Notes under the pieces: model-generated | Seen by the model: the letters and a program-made list of their open reading frames with translations, nothing else | Told to the model about the DNA's origin: nothing | The model's database searches: none | Translations under genes and position numbers: made by a program | In this document: piece by piece, positions 1 to 12,541 of the stretch | Position numbering within the stretch: the stretch's first letter is position 1 | Layout: each line of letters starts with the position of its first letter | NCBI GenBank assembly: GCA_022813965.1 | Contig: JALDZS010000170.1 | Coordinates: 1 to 50,586, forward strand | Length of the DNA stretch: 50,586 nucleotides | Reading direction: 5' to 3' | DNA from: Toensbergia leucococca | Lineage: Eukaryota

Positions 1-1030
1 TCACAAAAATCATAGACACCCTTCGCTCCCTCTCTTTGCCCCCCTTTCTCACTTATAAAAGTATATCTTGAATTATATCACTCACTTCTTTCTTTGTGAT
101 CTGTGAACTTTGTTAGATTGTGAACTTGTTAAAGACAAAAGAAGTTGAGAGAGATGATGAGATTGAGGGTTGATTGAGAAGGAGAAAAGGAGAAGAAAAG
201 GAGAAAGAAAAAGAAAGGGAAAGGAAAAGAAGAGTTGAGAGAGAGAAGAGAGAGAGAGAAAAGAAGAGATATAACGGACTCACCTCTATAATAAAAAAAG
301 AAAGCAACAAGAAGATAAGAAATAAAGAAGAACTAAAACAATCTCTCAAGTCAATCAGCTCATTCTTTCATCATTCATTTTTTCATCTCTCTCTTTAATC
401 AAAAAGTCATCATCTCTTCTCTCACTCTGATCAACAAGATCTCTCAAACAAATCTCTTCTTTTATTGAAGCTTATATCTCTTTTCACAACATCTTTAACT
501 TCTCTTTCTTATGTTAAATCTTGTTTACTTAATCTCATCTCATCTTATCTCATTCTATCGACTCCCTCACTCTCTCTTTTTTTCACACTTAAAAAAAAGA
601 TTCTAAACAAGACACATCTCTTATCTACAAACAAAAATAGTCATTACAGAATTCATATAAGTAAATTTTAGTGATAGTAAATAAGGGTAAAGCAAAGAAA
701 AGAAAAGAAAAGAAAAGAAAACAGAAGCAGTGATAAAAGATAAAAGAAAAAAGAAAAAAGAAAAGGGATTAACAACCTGACAAGTCTCAGAAAATGAGAA
801 GTGAGAGATTTACAACACACTCTCTAACATCTCACAATCAGTAATATGACTCCCTCAAATTTAGAATATATACACTCTAATACATCAAAGAAAGACCTCA
901 AACAAAATCAAGACATATTAATAATCTCCCCCCTCCCCCCCCTTCAGCTTCACTCAAACTCAAACTACACAAGTTCTACAACTCTTCTTCTCTACTATCT
1001 CTCATCAACTCTTTTCACAGAAAAAAAGCT
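1..1030. mobile_element. AT-rich, transition-degraded repeat/TE relic
   Basis: Markedly AT-rich versus the rest of the window, almost no CpG, AG/CT low-complexity tracts, no credible ORF. Element family not recognisable. Confidence 0.5.
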
Positions 1031-1299
1031 GCAAAAAAACGGCAGGTAAGAAGAGGGGGGGGGCGTGTAAGAGATGGGTGGTAGCAAATTGAAAGTCAAA
1101 AAGGGGTAAGGGGTTAAGGGGAGGCGGAAAGGGGGGGACTATTAGGAAATAGCCTGAATATTAAAAATAGCCGTCTGAGATGCCAAAAGAGAGAGAGCAG
1201 AAGCTCACTTTCACTGAACCCACAAAGCCCTCATCCTCCGCCGCCTCTCACCCCCCCATCCATCCCCTTCACCCTCACTTACCCCCCACCCTCCCTCAC

Positions 1300-2054
1300 T
1301 CACCCCGCAACCCCCCCCTCCCCCACAATCCTCGCAGGCCGTCCCCCAACAACACACCCCATCCCCACCACCATCCCCACCGGCACAACCGCCCCCTCAA
1401 GCACCCTAACCCCCTCCCTCAGCACAACCCCCTTCCCCACCACCGCCCCAAACTCAACCACGCACCCATCCCCCACAACCGCAGCCTCGACAACGCACTC
1501 CTCGCCAATGGTGACGCGGTTGCCAATCAGCATGGGGAGGTAGGTGGGCCCGGGCCCGTGGTTTTGATGGCGGAGCGGGGGCCGCAGCAGGGCGGTTGCG
1601 GAGATGAGGGTGTGGGTGCCTATTTGGATTGCGGTTGCGTAGCTTGTTGGTTGTTGTGGTTGTTGCTGTGTGGGGGCGGTGGTTGTTGTTGTTGATGTGG
1701 AGGGTAAGGGAAGGGGAAGGGGGGTTTTGGAGGAGGAGGAGGATGGAGGGGTGAGAGTGGGTTTGGGAGGCAAGGCGCGAGCGAGGTCGCCGCGGAGGAG
1801 GACGTGTGGTTGGAGGGTTGTGTGGCCGTGGAGGGTGATGTTTTGGGTGCCGTAGAGGACGGCGCGGCGGGAGATGCGGTTGCCTGTGTCCTGTTTTTCA
1901 ATGACGGGAGGGATTAACTTGACTGGGGGGGTTTGTTTGGGGTCAGGGGGGAAGGGGAAGGGGTGTTTACGGTTTCTATGTATTCGGATTTGGGTTTTGG
2001 TTTTGGTTTTTGGGTTAGGGGGGGATTGGAGGGGGCGGGGAGTTTGGTAGGCAT
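1300..2054 (-). CDS. DCTN5: Dynactin subunit 5 (p25), left-handed beta-helix protein
   Basis: Exon 1 (2054-1971) MPTKLP...KSEYIET, intron GTAAAC..CAG (1970-1891), exon 2 DTGNRISRRAVLYGTQNITLHG...LRGDL...LLRPP...IGNRVTIGEECVVEAAVVG hexapeptide repeats. 3' end uncertain because of G homopolymers. Confidence 0.88.
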
Positions 2055-2673
2055 TTTTGGGGTGGGGTGGAGGAGGGAAGATGAGGGGAGGTGGGAATTT
2101 GGCTGAAGCCTTGAGATATTTCTCGAAATATGGGGTGTGGATGCCTTTTCGCGTGTTCTCTGTCCACGTTCATATGGATTGTATGTGCACGTTGATGATG
2201 TATACTGCAGATGTGATTACATTCGGTGGAATATCGCCAAGCTAAGATCATGGAATCTACCATGCAGCAGGGTTGAAACGAACTGATCTGGATATTGATA
2301 GAAGTAACTCAATGGAAGATGGATTAGGTACTGAGAAAACTATAGTACAAAAGAAGACCGTAGTGTCCATCCTGTTGCGTCACTAAAGCTGGGGTAAAAA
2401 CTAAAAGCTGACAACGCTACGCAGGCCTTTACGGCTGCGGAAAACATATCAACGCATGCACAATCATAATCAAACCCATGAACTTTGTCCATAATCCTAC
2501 GCCCTCTCAACCGTCAAGTCTAGACACCCAGAGCTCCTAATGCGGGTTCATCTTTCGAGCAGGTTGAAATCGGCAGACATTTCAAAGCTTGGTGTTCAAT
2601 TGAGGGACGGGGTGATGAAGCCCTGTTTCCTGGGAACGAAGCCGTGGGCAAAAGGCAGGGGAGCTGGAGTAGT

Positions 2674-2990
2674 CTAGTACTTGAGGATAATGTACCTAAG
2701 AAAAAGTTAGAAGGTTTACAACAGTAAGGACGCGTTGTTGAGTTTTGCGCAGTTATTAAATGTAGTGTGTAGAATAGGATACATACAAGGCATGGATGAT
2801 TCCAGGAATGTAACCGAGTATCGTAAGTAGGATGTTGATCAAAAGATCAGAACCACAGCCGCGCTCAAGGAAGACACCGAGGGGTGGGAGGATGACGGCG
2901 AGCTAAACACCGGTTAGCTTTGAAAGGATTCAAACGGTGAGAAAAGATACTGACAATTATCTTGCAAATGTCTGAGGCGGTGAAAGGCAT
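2674..2990 (-). CDS. PMP3: Plasma membrane proteolipid 3 (Pmp3/UPF0057 family)
   Basis: Three exons join to MPFTASDICKII-LAVILPPLGVFLERGCGSDLLINILLTILGYIPGIIHAL-YIILKY*; canonical GT-AG introns with CTAAC branch sites. Confidence 0.95.
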
Positions 2991-4196
2991 CTTGGAAGCT
3001 TGCTTTTGATCGCTTTGATGAGTTTGATGGTGATTACTGTTGAGACTTGTTAGCCATGTACCAACAATACTTAATGCTGGAGGAAGTTTGCGCGTCCATT
3101 CAAAAAGCCACGTCAGGATGTGAAGCAAGAGTCGCACTGGAAAGAGACTTGGGCATTGCACATACCTTTGATGTCTTTGGCAGGAGATGATCAGTGGTGA
3201 TGCGAAAAAGGTTGCTCAGGTTTGAAGATGTGATTTCGATCAAGGTAGCTGTTGGGGAAGGCCGGAAGGTGATGGTTTGTTGTTTTATGCCTGTGTTCAT
3301 TTAGCGCCGTGGAACGAGCCAGATTTCAGCCACAGCTCGACGTCATCCACCCAAGCCAAAACAGGGCTAAGTTTGGCAATATCATGAAATTTTGGCTCTG
3401 ATTGGCCGGCTATTATGTCTACTTCACTTGGCCATTTCGCATGGATTGAGGCTTGCATCACTTTAATTGAATTTTGAAAAAGAGAGCATAAATAGAAGGA
3501 CTGACATAGTACACAGCCTCCTGAATGCAGTGTAGATGGTCACTCACACAATCTCCACCCTCTGAGCTACTAGAATTTCAATGGCAAAAATTCGTTGCTA
3601 AAATTGTATTCTTAGACTGCTGTGGCGGTGGTGGCGGTGCATACTAGCTAATAGTCTGATGATCTTGAAGATCACGAGATCGTCAGACAACACAAATCAC
3701 GAATGCACATCACCCTGCATTGTTGAAATAGCCAAGGCTACACGTCATCTATGCGTCCAATGACAAAAGCTGCCTTCGCCGTCATAACCATATCGCTGCC
3801 GGCAAACTTGCCTATCACCAAAATAAGACATCACCGTTGTTGTATTCAAAAGGTACAATGACACCTCGACACACCAGTGTGGTCCGAACTTGTTCAGAGC
3901 GAAAAACTCAAAACAGGCCATCGAGATGGCTGAAAAGAAGGTTTGACTCTTTGTCTAAATCATTCCAAGCATCATCGTTGTCCTCCTAAACAGGGAACGA
4001 GGGCACCAAGAATCTTGACCACAAAGTCATCCTGAGGTCGGGAGTTGTAGAGTACTAAGAAGCTGCGACTAGGTACTTGAAACTCCCGCAACTATTAGAT
4101 GAAGCATATCGAATCTTCATACTTTTCATGCACCGTCAAATATCATTTCACCAAACGCCCAACCCGACGCCAACTCCTCCTACTGATACCCCCAAC

Positions 4197-6007
4197 TCAA
4201 GACCCTCCCTCCACCTTCTGCTTGCCTTTGTCTGGATCAAGGTAACTCTCCGTCTCAGCTTCTTCATACTCTCCAATCAAATCCATGACTACAGCTCTTG
4301 CTTCATCGAACTCGCCAAGCCCATCTGCGAAGAGTGCTTCTTTCTTGTACCCTTCAAGAAAAACGTTGCGTTTTCTCATCTTGTCATACTGCACTAAAAT
4401 ACGCTTGAATAGCGTTGCGACAGAAGTATGGTTCGCGAGCATCAATCCCGACACTCGGTGTGTATGCGCAATGTAGGGTGACTTTTTAGTGAGTGCAACT
4501 TGTATCGAGGCCGGGCCCCAGGGAATGAACGTTGCAAGGCGGCGTTCTCGAATACGTAAGAGAGACTTGTGCACCTGTATTTCGTGATCAACAATGCTTT
4601 TGACTGCATGACATACAACTCTACTTACCTCGGTCGGGTCGGCTTCTCCTTGTATGATATTAAGTATACTTATGTAGCAGCTTGTTTTACTTGGCGTAGT
4701 CGATACCATGCGGTTTTTGGGCTGCAATAGCCTTCGCATCACATCTAATACCGTTGTCTTTCGTACCGTCTTAGCTTGTTCCACCGTATCACCTGTAAAT
4801 GGTGTGTACGAAGTCATCAAGAAATGGCAGCGGGGTGTGGGGATGAGAGAGGCCACGATGCCAACGAGATCATTGTGCATGTATCCAGGATATCGAAGAG
4901 TAGTAGTACTGGCAGACATGACAGTAGAAACCTAGAGGAAATTAGCTTGCGTTCTGATGTGACATTTTTCTCTCGAGCATACGAGCTGATTTGTTTGCTG
5001 AAAAGAAGGCTCCTGTACATGCAGTCGATCTGCAGCTATTCTTGATAATGCTCCATTGTCTAGAACCACCTAAGCTCAAATCAGTATTCTTCGTTGACGC
5101 AAATTTCGAGACTAGAACGTACGACAGAGTCAGCATTCTGCGTCAGTCGTCTCATAGCCAGTAAGCTGTTATATGGGTTCACCACAACGCCGCCTCCATT
5201 TTGAGTGTCTGGAAAGACAGAATATGTCTGTATTAGCTTCTTTGGAAACCGGTCATTCATTCTCTCGAGAATATAGCTTCCGAGACCAGATCCCGTGCCA
5301 CCAGCGATGGAATGCAGTAACATGAATCCCTATTGAACCATCAATGCCTTTCCTTTCGTCATGACGGAATCTATTTCCAACCTCTAGAGAGTCACTCCCA
5401 TCAGCTTCTCGGTCTATCATATCAAAGACTTCCTCTTGAACCGTATCTCCTGCGGCATAGCCAGCCGCCCAATTATTGGCTGCGCCACTACCTTGAGACC
5501 CAATGAAAAAGTTTTCTGGATTGTAGATATTCTTATAAGGTCCATTTTGAATGCCTTGAATAACCTATGGAGGAAGTTGTAAATCATTAGTCGACAGCCC
5601 GCTCATAGGTCATGGTATTGGAGATGCGTACTCTGGGTTCTAAATCGAGGAGTATTGCTCGTGGGATATATCGAGTGTCATCGCTCTAGTAGAGACGTCA
5701 GTCCTCGTCCGAACCTGAGTAGAAGAGTCATATACCTGGTAAAAGAAGACATCCTTTCTATCTCCGCCTTCGGTTGCAAAATCTTCGAGGTTTCCATCCT
5801 GGCTTATACCGTGCTCCTGACACAGTTGTTGCCAAAATTGACTTCCAACTATGTTCGTTTCAATGCTCACATATCTCACATACCTCCTAATTGGGTCGTA
5901 ATACTTACTGCTATTGCCGCATTGGCCAGCTTGGATAGTGATGATCTCTCTATCTCATGTTCATTAGACAAAGATCATGCAGGTAAAGTCTCAGCATACC
6001 TAGGCAT
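4197..6007 (-). CDS. mipA: Gamma-tubulin
   Basis: [15 protein letters not shown] start, [24 protein letters not shown] signature, [34 protein letters not shown]; multiple canonical introns. Confidence 0.97.
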
Positions 6008-6585
6008 CTCCAATGCAGGACATTAACATTGTAAGACGCCGCAGAATTGTGGGCGTTGGAAGCGCGAACCGCGTTCTTATCGATATGGGGTCGAAGCGAG
6101 TCGAGTCGATGTCAACATCTCTTTACGACTGGATGAGTATTACAACAGAACGCACATCAAGGATTGGGCATTTGGAATAAATGGGATACCAAGATTATTG
6201 AATTAGGTGACTATCTCGGTATTGCAACTATCTTAGCAGTTCACTTAGCAGCATACTTTGCCCGCTCTACTCTGCATTTCTGTACCTTCGAATACTCCGA
6301 CCACGATACTTCCACCTCTAGAACTCGTGTTCTCTCTCCTTCCTACCCTATCCCCCGCGGCATATGTACTTTTCGCCCTCTCCATGCTTTGCATAGCCCT
6401 CTTCCGTCCAAAGAAGAAAACTCATTCCAGAACCAACAAAATCCAGCAGGAAAACTCCAAGCTATGCTTGCAATGCAATGCACTCTCATCTCCCTTCTTG
6501 AAATTGAAGTTTGCGTTCGTATCAAAGGAAAGTAAAGCAAATGTAAAAGCTAGATCTCTGAGACTTCTTTCCCACCATAGATCTC

Positions 6586-7614
6586 TCACATCATCATTGC
6601 CACTACCACGGCCCCTCCAACTACACAAACCATTTCCTTCGCCCATCCACCTGTTCGATGTCCTACTCCAGTCTGTAGTCCCGGGCTTGCCCCCGTAGTC
6701 CCGCTTGCAGTAGTCCCAGTGCCCGCAGTTCCACTCGGTGTTTCGGCAGCATTTCCACCAGCTGGTACGACCGTTACAGCTGTGACAGTAGACTGTGCAC
6801 CGTTGGCAAGGGTTGTAGTATGAAGAACTATGCTTGTCTGAGAGGAATGAACACTAGCAGTACTAGAGAGGTCGGACGAGCCGCCCTTGCTGGACGAAGT
6901 ACCCGTTGAACTGGAAAGGGTTGTAGCGCCACCACCAATGGTTGTTACGACTGTAACTCCGGCAGCATTGGTAGTTGTTACAATTGAGCCAGCGGAGAGT
7001 GTGCTAACCCCACCACCGACGGTAGTCACAACTGGAACGCCAGCAGAGTTGGTTGTCGTGAATACTGAGCCCGCCGACTGAGACTTGCTAGCTACAGAGG
7101 ACAATGTGGAGGAGGGCGAGCTCGCAAAAGTCGACGTTACTGTGGAGGATCCTCCAGGGCTGGTAGATGTTACGGTGCTAGAGCCTTCAACAGTACTCGA
7201 TGAGGATCCAGACTGAGGGACAGGCGTCGCTGAGCCGGTGCTGCTAACCTCTTCAGGATTGACAATTGTTGAGCTTGAGGCAGAAGCTGTGGCTGCAGTA
7301 GATGAATTGCTGATTTCTTGACGCTTGGCCATTGAGACTATGCTTGTAGCTATGCGAGCATTATCTCTATGTACTGCCTCTAACGCGGTACGGTCTTCTT
7401 GAAATACTCCATGCTTGAATTTCTTGGGAGAGTAATCATGAAGGGCGGCATGAAGGGCTGGTGGATCTACTTGATCTAGCAATCTCTGAAATGCTTCATG
7501 ATCTGCAATTGTGTTCTTTTCATCTTGATTGTCGTGACAAGACTCGGTGTGTACTAGTGAGGAAAAGAGGGCAAGAAATGCAGTGATGAATAGAAAGCTG
7601 TGTCTTGATAGCAT
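6586..7614 (-). CDS. Secreted Ser/Thr-rich, probably GPI-anchored cell-wall protein
   Basis: Signal peptide MLSRHSFLFITAFLALFSSLVHT, KR processing site, long S/T/G-rich tract, hydrophobic C-terminus. ATG at 7614 preferred over the ORF-track start at 7701. Confidence 0.8.
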   Translation of the reverse strand: MLSRHSFLFITAFLALFSSLVHTESCHDNQDEKNTIADHEAFQRLLDQVDPPALHAALHDYSPKKFKHGVFQEDRTALEAVHRDNARIATSIVSMAKRQEISNSSTAATASASSSTIVNPEEVSSTGSATPVPQSGSSSSTVEGSSTVTSTSPGGSSTVTSTFASSPSSTLSSVASKSQSAGSVFTTTNSAGVPVVTTVGGGVSTLSAGSIVTTTNAAGVTVVTTIGGGATTLSSSTGTSSSKGGSSDLSSTASVHSSQTSIVLHTTTLANGAQSTVTAVTVVPAGGNAAETPSGTAGTGTTASGTTGASPGLQTGVGHRTGGWAKEMVCVVGGAVVVAMMM

Positions 7615-10600
7615 AACTGCCGGGTATGTCGATAGGTAGAGCTGAACAAGCGAGGGCTGGATTACTTTGATGTACTGAACAGGTGATATAGGAATCAGCA
7701 TCCCAATGTCAGGAAGAAGTCACGCGTGGAGAGGGTATACCTTGTAATCCTTAAGCTTGCACCATAGGGTGATAGGCTGATTGCAGGTACTCGGAAAAAA
7801 TCCGAATAAAAGAGTGCAGGTTCTCGTGCTCGCTATCAGGGTAGGCTCCACGAGGGACACGAGCGAAAGAAAGGTGATAGACTTCCAGAGGGGAAAGCCA
7901 ATGGAAAAATAGCTAGCGGGTGATTGAGGAGAGCTGAGTGGGAGGCAAATACGGGCTGGAAACGAGAGTCGGTAGCTTGATACGAGTAGATACGGAAAAC
8001 AGTCCGTTTCAGTAATCGACGATGTTGAGGAAGCGATCGAGTCAATAAGATAGTACTTTGTGTTGAAGATGACTGCGCCTTATGGTAGCAACTAGCAACT
8101 ATTCTAGCAAGCTAAGCCCGATCGCGTTTCTATTATTGGCCCGCATCTGACGTATGTAGCCCCCAAAAAGGTGTGCAACGCTCTCGTAAGGGATTTCTCT
8201 CTTCCTGATACCAAAATCCATCTACACAGTATGCCCTATTTGACATGTAACCTAAGTCATGGAAGTTGCCGACATCTCTTCAATATATTTGAAGCCTCAA
8301 AACAACACGTCTTTCAAGTATATCATTGCTTGGCCTTTTCATCGTAACCAGCCTCTCAAACTAGAATGTACCAATTATGCCGGCATAAAATAACACCACG
8401 ATTCCTTGACTAGCACTGTCGGCGCCCTCAGTAAAGCGTCAGCTTCCCTCCTCCGTTATTCTGCGAAGTAACTCACTCTTTAATCTTCTGCTAACCAGAC
8501 ACTGCTTCTGTAAATACTACTCGTAGCAGCAGAAAAAACATTGTGTCTGAGAAAAAAGGCATCATGGGGACATGACTACCTTTGTCTCCTTCTTAGATCA
8601 AACTTTGAGACGACATGATGTGAAGACTACCTTAATGAGAGAATCAGACCCAGAGCGAGCTCTCCTTCATCTGGTACATCTTGACTATCACAGCATATTC
8701 TATTCAATGAACTATCTACATCCTAAGTCGGGCTTTACCAGTTCACAGCAAGTAGATCAATCTTAAAAATGCTGCCATAAAGTTTGGCCTGCTTCGTCAG
8801 ATATAGTAGCTAACGGGATGTGAATGTTGGTGGGCTGAGAACCTTGATTCATTCTTTTCAGATTCTACAACTCCCTTTCATCCGCTTCACCAAGACTATA
8901 GTCCTTTGACTTCTCCTAGCCATCACTTCCCATTACCTACTCTTTCTCCTTGATCGTTACTATCTTGCGACATCTTACTTGACAGACAGTATTCATAGTT
9001 GCGTGAATCGTTGGTTACTCCAGCAAAGTCTTCTCACCATTCATCCTACATTTTACATCCTCACTACCCCTTACGGAGGGTAGCTGCATCAGCTACTGTA
9101 CTCATTGAATGCCTATCTATCTTGTGAGGGCGCTCAAGCCTCTTCATCTCGATTCAGGCTTTACACATCTTGGATAAGGTATACTCACTCATTCCCTACG
9201 TTGCCTTTACATTCTGTCTCTTCCATCGTCAAAGTCTTCTCAACGAGTTCAACTAATGTGTTCCAGATCTCACAACACTCAGTAAACTTGTGCCTACGTT
9301 GCCATAAATGGCAGCCGAAGTAAAAGAACTATCGACCGAGTGCTTTATCTTAGTCCCTCCTTGCACATATTGCTTCAGGTTAGGCCACAATTCACAACAT
9401 TGTTCCGAGCTTTTAGGAATGGTCTTGAAACCAAAGCAACCCCCGTCAGAAGTTTGCAGCGACCAGCTATGCAATGCAGGACTTGCTGCCACTAGAGCGG
9501 GAGGGGAAGAGCACGAAGTCAACGAGAAGGCCGCAGTCACGCGAGACAGTCTTGAAAGCAACAGCAAGAGTCGAGGGCTGGCTTCTCCAGTCTTGAAAGT
9601 GAAGCTTGACCAGCCTTCAAGTGTGCCTTTAAATGCACCGTGGATTCGGCCCCCGGTGCTTGCTGAAGAATTGGGCATTGATGAAAATGTCGATACTGCG
9701 GAGGAAGAAAGATCTAGCTGTAACGAAGATAATATAATAGGTTCGATATTACTCTCCGATGTCCTGATAGTGTTTTCTAACAATATCAAGGCCAAAGGAA
9801 CAAGGAAGTGCAATCAGAGTCGCAAGAACCAGTAGCTCAACTTCCTGAGCTTTGACAGACCTCTTCAAATCCTATTCAACATACAGTTGCTCCACCCTAC
9901 GCTAAGCTTGGACATCACATTCCTATGCCAGAATTCTCCAGTAGGCTCTGGTCACAAAAGGATGGGCCAATTGCAGAAAAGGGGCTTGCTGAGCATGAAA
10001 TTCAAGAACTCCTTGGTTAGATACCCAGCGAGGTCCAATTCGCTCCTCGAAGGGGCTATTCAGAAGTCACGGCCGAGGTGTGAACAAATTCGTTCCGTAT
10101 CTCAGGGTCGGCTTTGGAACCAAGCCACAAGACCTACCATTACTCTGTGAAGATAGGGTTTGGGCTCACTAACGTCAAGGAAACGCCTGCCCAGAGTAAA
10201 GAGCAACTACGCGCGATCTTCTCCACATTGATGACCTCTCCATCGTCTCTATTGAATCCAGTCTCTGCCTACTGAGCAACAGATTTTGTATCTGTATTTT
10301 CCGTTCGAGATCTGAAGCACCCGTCCAGCATTAACCCACCAGACCTCGAAGACCACATTCGAATATCTCAATTCACCTATGAAGATTCTGACGGGAAGCT
10401 GGCGATGCTTGAATAGCTTGAGATATCGTTTGAAAAGTTAATTGCCCTTTTTGAGATAGTTGCCTATTGCGACGGCTTGAATCCAGGTTTTGATACTTCT
10501 ATCCTGGTTACTGCTCTCAATACTGTCATTTCGAAACATTACAATATGACGAGTTCTGATCAAACTCAAGTGGGAGCCAATAGATTCTTTCTCAACGATG

Positions 10601-11165
10601 CTTGGCACCCTATAGATGAGTGTCTATTTGCAAACAGGGGTTATTACGTGTCAACTCGTCCTGCTATGGTAGGCCCTTTACTCAATATCAATAACGCAAC
10701 TTCGGCATTTCTTCATCCTATTCGGGTATCTGATTTCATCAAATCCTTTCTAAGGATTAAAAGCAATGAGTTTTATCCTGGAATTACTTTATCCGAATTT
10801 CAGGTAAGAACATTGAACAGTATACTCAAAGGGGTGAAGGCCAAAATCACGTTTGCTCAATCGGCCACAAAAAAGACTGTACGGTTGAACGACAATCAGT
10901 CTCAATCAAAGCGCATTGCTTATCTCGGGAAGTCGTTGATAGCAAAACGATCTGTATTGCCAGGCACAAGCTCAGATGACCCTCAAAGCATCATTTTTGA
11001 TAAAGGTGTGAACTCTTACCAACTTCAGTCAATTGATTGTCATAACAGTACTAATGATGTCTGCTAGATCATCAACTACACATCCAATGGCCCTGTCTAC
11101 CTTTGATGAATGTCAGTTCAAGGTCAAGTCATAACGAATCGAATTTTCAGAATTGGATCCCCCCA

Positions 11166-12541
11166 CATGTCAATGCCTTCTACATCAGTCACAGGAGATG
11201 CTGATGACATATGAGGTAAATTTCCGGGACCTGCCCGGGCCGATCTTTGACGTCTGAGTGAATCTGGCGCAAAATAAGTCAAAAGGAAATACCGTCTTCC
11301 ACCTTCTACACCACCTGCCCGTCCTACCTAGCCTCTAGGAATTCAACCTCAACTAGAATCCTGCCTAGACCGCATTGTTCCGCATCATGGTCAACTCAAA
11401 TACGGCACCTCTCCTGTCAAATACATCGATGCCCAGCACAGGGTGCAAAGGAATCACAACAAAATGACTCAAGAAATGGCGGTAACAAGAATGAGCGTGC
11501 AGGGTCTCTCAAAATGATTGAGATTGATGAAGACTCAGTCACTGTGTTTGTCCCTCATTTGATCTTTCATACTGATTGTGCTAATCATATTTTGCAGATT
11601 TGTGGAGAAAAAGAAGGCCTTCAAAGTTCAAAGTGAAGAGACAGATGGAGACAAACAGCTCAGTCATGAAGATGATATCATGTTTAAGAAAGCAGAGAAT
11701 GCAGAGACCGCCTGCCTTAGACGATTCAAGGAAGACTATGACCACGCTTACGGAAATTTAAATGAGATTGATCAAAAATCAGGCAAACGTCAAGTACTAG
11801 CTTTATCATATAAGTGAAGCCTACTTCAAGAGACCGAACAGAAGTTGAAAGAAAGCATGATGATGAGTATTGAAAAAGAGCTTGAGAGATACAGCAGAAA
11901 AGAGAATGTGATGATTATGATATGATTTGTGGGGTGTAAGAAAGATGATGTTCTCTAAGCAAGAGCAGTGACTTTATGCCCCGCGAGCGCCATGCTAAGC
12001 TAGCTACGTGTTGGGCCGTTCAAGGTAATTGAAAGAATTGAAGAGCTTGCGTACCGCCTAGAGCTCTCATCAGTTATGAAGATACATCCTGTCATATCAG
12101 TCACTCAACTGAAGCCAGCGTCAAAAGATGACGATCCATACAAGAGAATTGTAAATGATCACCCGCCTCCGGTCGTTGAAACCGGCGTTGAAGATTACGG
12201 CGATTCCTTTGAAATTGAAAGATTGATTGCCAATTGCCAAGTGTTCTACTCGTGGAAAGGTTCAGTATTTGATAAAATGGAAAGGCTACGGCCACGAACA
12301 TAACGCTTGGTACGACGTCAAGGACCTTTCCAGTTTCCAGGAGCTAGTCGATGACTATGAAAGACGGCCACATGAGGTTCTTCACCGTGGCGATCGCGGA
12401 ATGATGAGTTCAAAACGCCAGGTTTCTAATCCATCTTCGTTGTCTCATAATGGACCTGGATCCCCCCTCGCTAACCCTCAGGTCGTGGAGCCTACTGAGG
12501 CCTTGCCAACTACGCAAAAAACTCGAGAAATCGATTCATGA
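11166..12541 (+). mobile_element. 1376-bp composite insertion inside the Argonaute PAZ domain
   Basis: Removing it rejoins tgg atc ccc cca | gaa tat ctg cag (WIPP|EYLQIEPNQ) in frame. Confidence 0.85.
11995..12400 (+). mobile_element. Ty3/Gypsy chromovirus integrase C-terminus (GPY/F) plus chromodomain fragment
   Basis: RVGPFKVIERI..LAYRLEL..MKIHPVISVTQLKP..DPY, then EIERLIA..QYLIKWKGYGHEHNAWY..LVDDYE; frameshifted by a TTGCCAA duplication at 12227-12240. Confidence 0.9.

Noticed and set aside
113..1695. Low-complexity ORFs in the ORF track (also the poly-Gly ORFs at 42096-42554 and 50286-50586)
   Set aside because: Products of simple repeats, skewed composition or antisense shadows of real genes.
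11995..12541. Functional Argonaute-chromodomain (RITS-like) fusion
   Set aside because: The chromodomain follows a GPY/F integrase tail, is frameshifted, and is separated from PAZ by stop codons.
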